Assembly (NCBI RefSeq): GCF_030296015.1
Contig: NZ_AP027368.1
Span: 3,496,839 to 3,520,838 of the forward strand
Direction of reading: 5' to 3'
DNA: 24,000 nt
Source of the DNA: Ferrimonas sp. YFM
GTDB lineage: Bacteria > Pseudomonadota > Gammaproteobacteria > Enterobacterales > Shewanellaceae
Both the position numbers and the translations under genes were made by a program. This document shows, one piece after another, positions 14,595 through 21,405 of the stretch; the stretch's first letter is position 1, and each line of letters opens with the position of its first letter. The notes under the pieces are model-generated. The model had not been told where the DNA came from, did not search any database, and saw nothing but the letters and a program-made list of their open reading frames with translations.

Positions 14595-15434
14595 TCAGTT
14601 AACTTTGGAATTGGCGATCAGCACCTTCACCACCTCCTCATGCTGAGGAGAGATATCGTGACGAACATAGAAGTTGATGGGGCCTTCCACATCGCCCTTG
14701 GTGGGTCCCTGACAGACCTCCAGCTCAGGGTTGCTCTCAATCATCTTCTGCGGGAGCAAGCCAATGCCGATCCCTTTCTGGATCAATTCTTGTGAAAAGT
14801 CCGGCGTATCTATGGTCATCACCCGATAAAAGTCATCGGTCTGATTCAGTGCCAAAGTCAAATCATGCCAGTGATCCCAGACTCTGGAGTGCGTGATGGT
14901 GGGAACCGGTGACGAAAATGTCACCCGCTTAGATTTTGCCCAGTTAAAATAGAGCACATCCAAAATTTGCCGCTTTCGATACTTAGGCTGATTATCAAAC
15001 AGTCCTTCGGTGATCACTATGTCCGCCTCGCCCTTCTCCATCAAGTGCTTCACCAAGGAAAGCTCCCCGGTCTTAATGTGCAGAAATGAGGAATTAAGCA
15101 TCTCAGGGTCAATGATTGGCGCCACGTATTTCAAATAGAGTCTGGGCTGGGTGACAATGGTCAATGGAGACTTATCGACAAGCTGCTGAGATAAGTTTAG
15201 AAAGTTTTTATAGTTATCAATCACATCGATAGCGACCGGATACAAGATCCGACCATTCTCTGACAGGGTCACCTTGCCTTGTCGTCGCTGAAACAGCTCA
15301 ACCCCAAGATCGGACTCCAGTTTTTTAACAAGATTACTGATATTTGGCTGAGATGTATCCAGTAACTCCGCAGCCTTAGAAAAGCTGTCAAATTCAGCCG
15401 AATAATAAAATGCCAATATTGTTTTTATATTCAT
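14595..15434 (-). CDS. LysR-family transcriptional regulator
   Basis: The N-terminal wHTH reads MNIKTILAFYYSAEFDSFSKAAELLDTSQPNISNLVKKLESDLGVELFQR. I place the start at ATG 15434; the ORF-track start at 15443 is a GTG. The gene is divergent from the module-2 flavoprotein and noticeably AT-richer than its neighbours. Confidence 0.85.
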   Translation of the reverse strand: MNIKTILAFYYSAEFDSFSKAAELLDTSQPNISNLVKKLESDLGVELFQRRQGKVTLSENGRILYPVAIDVIDNYKNFLNLSQQLVDKSPLTIVTQPRLYLKYVAPIIDPEMLNSSFLHIKTGELSLVKHLMEKGEADIVITEGLFDNQPKYRKRQILDVLYFNWAKSKRVTFSSPVPTITHSRVWDHWHDLTLALNQTDDFYRVMTIDTPDFSQELIQKGIGIGLLPQKMIESNPELEVCQGPTKGDVEGPINFYVRHDISPQHEEVVKVLIANSKVN

Positions 15435-15667
15435 CGCTCTCACTATCTCCCCGGCAATAGTTTTCTAAAGCAGTGTAAACCCTTCTCTCCTATGAATGAT
15501 CTTGAATTTCCGATTCTGTGATAACGATTTAATCTGATGGCGATTAAGGAACTGCGGTTTCAGCCCTGTTATTGACGCGCCAACCCTCCCTAAGCGTTTC
15601 CTGATAAATTTGCCAGACGCTTTTATCACAAAACATCTGATAAAATACATTTTCTGTTTGGCCCAAT

Positions 15668-15763
15668 TTTTGTGACCTGAGTCGGCGTGGGTATAGCAAT
15701 TTATTATGTCGAGCTATCCCGGAGCTTGTTCACGTTCGGTTTCAGCATTTTTTTCTATGATTT
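15668..15763 (+). promoter_or_regulatory. Conserved 96-nt upstream cassette, copy A (before module-2 flavoprotein gene)
   Basis: An ungapped alignment to 17959-18054 gives 73/96 identities (hand count). Shared elements:
- TTTTGTGAC at the 5' end
- dyad ATAGC-N15-GCTAT (15693-15717)
- a 26-nt core AGCTATCCCGGAGCTT[G/C]TTCACGTTC, matching at 25/26
- CTATGATTT, a possible -10, at the 3' end. Confidence 0.6.
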
Positions 15764-15830
15764 TCTTACCCCCTATTTAACTCCAATACCTGCTACAGCT
15801 CAGGTATTTGGGTCCACCTAAGGAACTGTA

Positions 15831-17336
15831 ATGAAACGTAGAGATCTACTGAAAGCCGCAGCATTAATACCGGCTGCCGCTGCAGTAACCGCTGCTCCGA
15901 CACAGGCATCTCCTATGACCAGAAAGTTTGATGAAGAATACGACCTTGTGATCGTAGGCAGTGGTTTTGCGGGATTGGCTGCGGCTTACTCTGCAAATAA
16001 AAATGGATTAAACAAGATCCTTGTTATAGAAAAGATGGGTGCCTTCGGAGGCAACTCGGCAATCTGTGGTGGCATTGCCTGTATGCCTGATACCCCGCTG
16101 CAGAAAAAACACGGCATCGAAGACTCACCGGAGCTTCTGGTGAAAGATATGCTCAAGGTCGGCCGTGGATTCAACCACCCCGAACTCTGTGAAGCGATGG
16201 CGAAAGGCGCCAGCACCGCCTATGAGATGTTGATGGAGTGTGGTGTTGAGTTCAAAGACAAGCTGATTCGTCTGGGTGGACACAGCGCTCCCCGAGGCCA
16301 CATCCCAACCAATGCCTCCGGAGGCGGCATTGTCGTCCCCATGCACAAATACCTGCTGAACAAAGGGGTTAAATTCCAGAATCGCACCAATGTCTCCGCC
16401 ATCATTCGCGACGATGCAAACAACGTTTGCGGTGTAGAGGTTCAAACAGATTTCGACCCCAATACAGGGAGCGCCAAAGGAGAGATGACCTACGGATCCC
16501 GCCACGGCATTGTGATCGCGACAGGTGGCTGGGGCAACGACAAGAAATTCGTTAAGACCACCATGCCTGCCTACGCAAACTTGAAGGCGAGCGCCCAGCC
16601 AGGGGCCACGGCAGAGATGATTAAGTCACTGCTGTCATTAGGGTCACTGCCCATCATGCTGGACATGTACCAGTTGGGTCCTTGGGGTTCCCCGGATGAG
16701 CGTCCGGCAGGCCCCGGCTCCTTCTTCGCAGATTACGCCTTCAGTGAGGGGATTGCCGTGGATCCCATGACGGGTAAGCGCTTTGTCAACGAGCTGTCAT
16801 CTCGTCGCACCCGCTCCGAAGCTGAGCTGGAGGTAATGAAGAAAGGCACCAAAGCAAAACCAAACTACCCCTTTACCTTCTGTGGTGAGGAGACCACAAA
16901 GCGCTCGGAAGGCTTCCGCGCTGCCTACCGAGACGGAGCAGTGCGAAAGTCAGACTCGGTCGCAGAGCTGGCTAAGCTGCATGGTGTCGATGAGACACAG
17001 TTGGCCCAAACCATCGCAGAGTGGAACGAGATCGTAGAGGGCAAGCCGGATCCCTTTAATAAACCCCTGGACGTAAGAACACAACTCAAGCCGCCCTTCT
17101 ACTCATTCAGGTTGTCACCTGTACTGCACTACTGCATGGGCGGAGTCGCCATTACGGCAGACGCCCAGGTCGTGGATGTGACCACCTGTGAACCGATCAA
17201 TGGGTTGTTTGCCGCGGGTGAGATTACCGGAGGCGTTCACGGAATGGATCGCTTGGGAGGTTGCTCCTCCGTAGACGGTCTGGTCTTTGGTCAAATTGCC
17301 GGCAGGGCCGCTGCAAAATATAAGGCGAATGTGTAA
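15831..17336 (+). CDS. Periplasmic FAD-dependent enoate reductase flavoprotein, flavocytochrome c flavin subunit (module 2)
   Basis: The twin-arginine signal is MKRRDLLKAAALIPAAAAVTAAPTQA. The dinucleotide fold is YDLVIVGSGFAGLAAA. The motifs LHYCMGGVAI and GEITGGVHGMDRLGGCS are shared with 10327-11850, of which it is a paralogue. Confidence 0.85.
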   Translation: MKRRDLLKAAALIPAAAAVTAAPTQASPMTRKFDEEYDLVIVGSGFAGLAAAYSANKNGLNKILVIEKMGAFGGNSAICGGIACMPDTPLQKKHGIEDSPELLVKDMLKVGRGFNHPELCEAMAKGASTAYEMLMECGVEFKDKLIRLGGHSAPRGHIPTNASGGGIVVPMHKYLLNKGVKFQNRTNVSAIIRDDANNVCGVEVQTDFDPNTGSAKGEMTYGSRHGIVIATGGWGNDKKFVKTTMPAYANLKASAQPGATAEMIKSLLSLGSLPIMLDMYQLGPWGSPDERPAGPGSFFADYAFSEGIAVDPMTGKRFVNELSSRRTRSEAELEVMKKGTKAKPNYPFTFCGEETTKRSEGFRAAYRDGAVRKSDSVAELAKLHGVDETQLAQTIAEWNEIVEGKPDPFNKPLDVRTQLKPPFYSFRLSPVLHYCMGGVAITADAQVVDVTTCEPINGLFAAGEITGGVHGMDRLGGCSSVDGLVFGQIAGRAAAKYKANV

Positions 17337-17686
17337 TGAAAAGCTCCATAGTCGTTGCCGCTATCACTGTACTGCTGTCATGGGGAGCCTTAGCCGCGCC
17401 CAAGACGATGAAACCCCACCACGCCGACGCCATGGGCGGCAATATGACTTGTCGCACTTGTCACACCGCCAAAGGTAAATTCCAGCGTCCCAGCGCAGAA
17501 ACCTGCATCGAGTGCCATGGCGGCATGAGCGAGATCCCTATTCAAGCCAACCGCTGGGATAAAGATCCACACGGCTCTCACCACTATGAGGATCTGCTGG
17601 AGTGCACCCTGTGCCACTCAGAGCATCAATCATCGAGAGCAATCTGCTCAGACTGCCATGTGGTCGAATTCTCTAATCTAAAATAG
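17336..17686 (+). CDS. Small periplasmic tetraheme cytochrome c (module 2)
   Basis: There are four CXXCH motifs (CRTCH, CIECH, CTLCH, CSDCH) and a signal peptide MKSSIVVAAITVLLSWGALAA. The start overlaps the flavoprotein stop (TAATG). Confidence 0.9.
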   Translation: MKSSIVVAAITVLLSWGALAAPKTMKPHHADAMGGNMTCRTCHTAKGKFQRPSAETCIECHGGMSEIPIQANRWDKDPHGSHHYEDLLECTLCHSEHQSSRAICSDCHVVEFSNLK

Positions 17687-17721
17687 AGCTGTTTGTAATA
17701 AATCAGAATCGAAATTAATAG

Positions 17722-17800
17722 TGGCTGGAAAGTTGCCTTAGGGTTATTAAATTAACATGGCAACCACCAGCCATTTTCATTTCCAGCCATCTTTTCATTT
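17722..17800 (+). terminator. Long imperfect hairpin followed by a T-rich tandem direct repeat; probable terminator or attenuator after the module-2 cytochrome gene
   Basis: TGGCTGG-AAA-GTTGCC (17722-17737) pairs with GGCAAC-CA-CCAGCCA (17759-17773) around a 21-nt AT-rich loop. It is followed by CCAGCCATTTTCATTT (17767-17782) and CCAGCCATCTTTTCATTT (17783-17800). Either CCAGCCA could pair with the 5' arm. Confidence 0.4.
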
Positions 17801-17958
17801 AGCCACCCCATACCGAACCCTGCCTCAGCAAGCACTAATTAGACTGACTTAATCGACTGTCAAGCCCTTTCTAAACTGATCACTGCGACTCTCTAAAAAA
17901 ATAAAACCTGACATCACAAAAAGGCCATTCAAAAAAACATATTTTTCACCAAGCCTTG

Positions 17959-18054
17959 TTTTGTGACGTAAATCCAGCTCGGCATAGCAAATTCTTATAC
18001 CCAGCTATCCCGGAGCTTCTTCACGTTCATTCTTAATATTTTTCCCTATGATTT
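17959..18054 (+). promoter_or_regulatory. Conserved 96-nt upstream cassette, copy B (before the HAL-like gene)
   Basis: This is collinear with 15668-15763, with the dyad ATAGC-N15-GCTAT at 17984-18008 and the core at 18003-18028. The genes downstream of the two copies are unrelated, so the similarity is not a relic of CDS duplication. Confidence 0.6.
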
Positions 18055-18094
18055 ATCCACACCTAAACGATACAAAGAACCAATGGAGTTCCTG

Positions 18095-19762
18095 ATGAAA
18101 CACGTATTATCAACGAGCATTTGTGCTCTTTCTCTGGCGGTATCCTTCGGCATCCAAGCCGAAACCTTTCAACTGACTGGCCAGGATCTGACTGTCGACC
18201 AACTCTGGGAAGCCGCGGCCAAAGGCAATGACGTTACCCTGAGCCGTGCCGCCTGGAAACGAGTGGAAGACTCCTATCAAACCACCATCGACGCCGCGAA
18301 GAAGGGCATCGAAATCTACGGCCTGACCACCAACTTTGGCGACCTCAAAGATCAGGAAGTAGTCAAAGGCGACATCGAAGCCGAGCCTAACCGCACTAAG
18401 TCCATTGAGTTCAACAAGCGTCAGTTGCGTATTCAGGCCGCCGCAATGGAACCCTACTTCGAAGATCGCATCGTTAAGATGGGTATGATCATCCGTCTGA
18501 ACCAGATGGCAGCCGGCCTGACCGGTATGACCACCGAAACCGCCAAGTACTATCAGACCTTCATCAACAACGATGTCATCCCCATGGTACCTGGTCGCGG
18601 TTCCCCTGGCGTGAACGACCTGAACTGGGCCACTCACATAGGCCTGGCGATGATCGGTGAGTGGGATGTTCACTACAAGGGCAAGAAAGTGCCTGCCACC
18701 AAGGCGATGGCCGACCTGGGCATCAAGCCTCTGGAACCCTTCGGCCTGGATGGCATCTCCATCCTGTCCAACAGCAACATCTCCATGGCCATCACCGTGG
18801 AAGCGATCCAGCAATCCCAGCACCTGCTGGATATCTCTCCCTACATCGTGGCTACCTCGCTGGAGTGTCTGAACGGTAACGTCTCTCCCTTCCTGTGGCA
18901 CTCCATCGAAGGCAAAGGGATGCCCCAGGGGCACGTGGCTGCAGAGCCGATCCTTAAAGCTCTAGAGGGCTCCTTCCTGTGGCAGCCCAATGAAGAGCGC
19001 TACCTGCAGGATCCGCTGACCTTCCGCTCCTCCCACTGGACGCTGGCCGCCGCTCACGAAGAGCTGGACCAGCTGAGAGATCTGGTTGAGAAACAGCTTA
19101 ACCACACCTCTGATAACCCCATGGTGACTATCGAAGGCCGCACCGACATGTGGTACTCCGACACCCCAGTGGTGAAGTCCCTGATGGTCGATCCCAAGAA
19201 GGGCAGCTACGTTAACTCCAACTCCGCCTTCGATAACACTCAAATCGCGATTCAGGTTGAGTCTCTGGCCACAGCCATGGCTCACGTGATTCACAACTCC
19301 GGTTGGCGCAGCCTGCAGGTGGGCATGGACCATCGTACTCACCTGCCCAAGTACCTGGTGGCCAAGTCCAACAAGGGGGGTGACGGTTTCGCCAACATCA
19401 TCCAGGCGATCTCCGGCTACTACGCCGAAGCCGCAGGCTTGACCAACAACGTCACCCTGTACGGTCTGCCGACCTCCAACATCATTGAGGAGACCTACAA
19501 CAACGTGAACGTCACCGCCGAGCGTCTGAAGCAGATGAACGACATCGCCTATGAGGTGTTCTCCTACGAGATTCTGCACATGACCCAAGGTGCCCAGATG
19601 CGTCGCGACGAGCAGGGTTACAAGCTGGGTAAAGGCACCAGTGCTCTGCTGAAGGAATACCGCAAAGTCGTGCCCTTTGTAGACAAGGATCGCCCATTCA
19701 CCAAAGACGTAAACAACGGCGTCAAGTTCCTCAAGCAGCTTGATGTAACTACCCTGCTGTAA
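18095..19762 (+). CDS. Signal-peptide-bearing aromatic-amino-acid-lyase (HAL/PAL) family protein lacking the MIO Ala-Ser-Gly triad (module 2)
   Basis: Family motifs occur along the whole length: IYGLTTNFG (cf. YGINTGFG), LDGISILSNSN (cf. KEGLALLNGT), LQDPLTFRS (cf. QDPYSLRC), TSDNPMV (cf. SDNPLV) and LPTSNIIEE (cf. LPTSANQED). Where HAL has GSVGASGDLAPLAH, this protein has GSPGVNDLNWATH. I place the start at ATG 18095 (GGAG 6 nt upstream), giving MKHVLSTSICALSLAVSFGIQA|ETF. Confidence 0.8.
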   Translation: MKHVLSTSICALSLAVSFGIQAETFQLTGQDLTVDQLWEAAAKGNDVTLSRAAWKRVEDSYQTTIDAAKKGIEIYGLTTNFGDLKDQEVVKGDIEAEPNRTKSIEFNKRQLRIQAAAMEPYFEDRIVKMGMIIRLNQMAAGLTGMTTETAKYYQTFINNDVIPMVPGRGSPGVNDLNWATHIGLAMIGEWDVHYKGKKVPATKAMADLGIKPLEPFGLDGISILSNSNISMAITVEAIQQSQHLLDISPYIVATSLECLNGNVSPFLWHSIEGKGMPQGHVAAEPILKALEGSFLWQPNEERYLQDPLTFRSSHWTLAAAHEELDQLRDLVEKQLNHTSDNPMVTIEGRTDMWYSDTPVVKSLMVDPKKGSYVNSNSAFDNTQIAIQVESLATAMAHVIHNSGWRSLQVGMDHRTHLPKYLVAKSNKGGDGFANIIQAISGYYAEAAGLTNNVTLYGLPTSNIIEETYNNVNVTAERLKQMNDIAYEVFSYEILHMTQGAQMRRDEQGYKLGKGTSALLKEYRKVVPFVDKDRPFTKDVNNGVKFLKQLDVTTLL

Positions 19763-19770
19763 CACCCATC

Positions 19771-19809
19771 AACGGCGAGCAGATGACCTCTCTCTCTGCT
19801 CGCCGTTTT
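19771..19809 (+). terminator. Rho-independent terminator after the HAL-like gene
   Basis: A perfect 12-bp stem AACGGCGAGCAG / CTGCTCGCCGTT (19771-19782 / 19796-19807) is followed by TTCCTGT. The T-tract is weak. Confidence 0.65.
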
Positions 19810-20154
19810 CCTGTATTAATCGACACTAAGAAAAATGATCAGGAGTTTATTCGGGCCAGATAAATTCAAACCCTGAACGACTCCACGCGTCGGAAGCAGA
19901 CGAAAATTTAAACCTGCGAAAATATCAGAACATGTACTAACCATTGATTCCTTATTCGGCCTCATTGTTTAAGGCATCTAAAAAACACAGTGGTTAATAG
20001 AGCATTATTAGTCACCCGCATTTAAGCAACGCCCCAATTGCCAGAAGCGTTTAATAACTCAGCACGCAATATCACCAAACATTGCCTCTGCGATTTTTTA
20101 AAGCTTCTCCATACAAACAAGAGTTAAATCATCTAGCATAATATAGGTGTTTTC

Positions 20155-21279
20155 ATGACAACGTTGAATAAAATCACAGCTGCGCTCTTTGCACTTTCTA
20201 CTCTGACTTGCGCTGGCTCTTATGCCAATGACGCCGAAGATGGCATTGCCATCGGCGGCACCGTCAGAGCCAACTACCAATACAAAGAGTACAGCGACCA
20301 ATCCAAAGACAAAGCTGGCGACCTTAAATTCGATGTCTTAGCCATTAAATTCAATGGCTCCCTCAATGGTATCGGCCTGGCTTCCGAGTATCGCTTCTAC
20401 GAAGGCTATCATATGCTGCTGAATGCCTATGCATATGGTGAAATCGGCGAACAGATACAGGCCACCATTGGACTCACCAAGGTCCCCTTTGGCAATCCCG
20501 GCTACATCTCCAATAGCTTCTGGTTTGGTCTGCCCTACTATCTGGGCTTTGAAGACGACCACGATATGGGGGCCACCCTTCAATTCAGCCATGGCAACTG
20601 GACCACCGATCTGGGCGCCTTTAAGAACGCCGAATACAGCCCTTCAAACAGCCAGCGTTACTCCACCGACATCTACGAGGGCACCATCAACGGCACTCAA
20701 TACAATAACGAGGAGACCAACCAGCTCAACCTGCGTGAAACTTACCTGATAGAGCATGCCTCAGGTCAATCCATTGTGGGGGCATCGGTAGAGTGGGGAC
20801 AGATCTACAACACAGAGACCGGTGACAATGGCGACCGCTATGCCCTGGCTCTGCACCTGGACAGTTCCATCAATGACTGGAATCTGCAGCTTCAGGCCAT
20901 TCAGTATGAGTACGATGCCGCCGATGCCAGTAACCCCAACAAGATCGCCCTGTCAGCCTTTGACTGGCAGTATGAAGTGGCCTCCAAGGGCCAGATCTAC
21001 TCCCTGAATATTGCCAAGACCATCCCAACCAGTTTTGGCAGCATCAAGGTCTACAACGACTTTGGCATGATGACCCCCGATGTGGATGACAGCAGTTACG
21101 ACGACAGCCTGATGAATGTCCTTGGTATGGGCATCTCTGCGGGCCCGACCTACACCTATGTCGACCTGATTTCCGGCAAAAACATGTACGCCGCAGGCAT
21201 CAATGACCATATTGGCCTGCCTCAGGCCGATGATGGCTGGGATCACCGCATCAACATCAACCTGGGGTACTACTTTTAA
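20155..21279 (+). CDS. Predicted outer-membrane beta-barrel porin (module 2 paralogue)
   Basis: The signal peptide is MTTLNKITAALFALSTLTCAGSYA|ND and the C-terminus is NINLGYYF. It aligns end to end with 13325-14458. Confidence 0.7.
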   Translation: MTTLNKITAALFALSTLTCAGSYANDAEDGIAIGGTVRANYQYKEYSDQSKDKAGDLKFDVLAIKFNGSLNGIGLASEYRFYEGYHMLLNAYAYGEIGEQIQATIGLTKVPFGNPGYISNSFWFGLPYYLGFEDDHDMGATLQFSHGNWTTDLGAFKNAEYSPSNSQRYSTDIYEGTINGTQYNNEETNQLNLRETYLIEHASGQSIVGASVEWGQIYNTETGDNGDRYALALHLDSSINDWNLQLQAIQYEYDAADASNPNKIALSAFDWQYEVASKGQIYSLNIAKTIPTSFGSIKVYNDFGMMTPDVDDSSYDDSLMNVLGMGISAGPTYTYVDLISGKNMYAAGINDHIGLPQADDGWDHRININLGYYF

Positions 21280-21339
21280 TCAGCTTTAAGCTTAGGCAGT
21301 TGTAAAAGACGAGTTCATTTCATTATCGACCGCGACCTT

Positions 21340-21367
21340 GCCGGCTGACATCAGCCGGCTTTTTTTG
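21340..21367 (+). terminator. Rho-independent terminator after porin 2
   Basis: The sequence is GCCGGCTG-ACAT-CAGCCGGC followed by TTTTTTTG. It is identical to the hairpin at 14528-14547. Confidence 0.8.
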
Positions 21368-21374
21368 TGTCCAT

Positions 21375-21403
21375 TAAAAAACCCCGCCGAGGCGGGGTTT
21401 TGT
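21375..21403 (-). terminator. Terminator hairpin for the minus-strand MCP gene (bidirectional)
   Basis: The plus strand reads AAAAAACCCCGCCGAGGCGGGGTTTTG. It lies just beyond the MCP stop at 21406, and the same 22-mer occurs at 14562-14583. Confidence 0.7.
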
Positions 21404-21405
21404 TG

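Noticed and set aside
15465-15650. A 61-aa minus-strand ORF in the LysR/flavoprotein intergenic region.
   Set aside because: It is AT-rich and its product is Lys/Arg/Phe/Ile-biased. It has no RBS or motif and overlaps the likely divergent promoter region, so it is probably non-coding.
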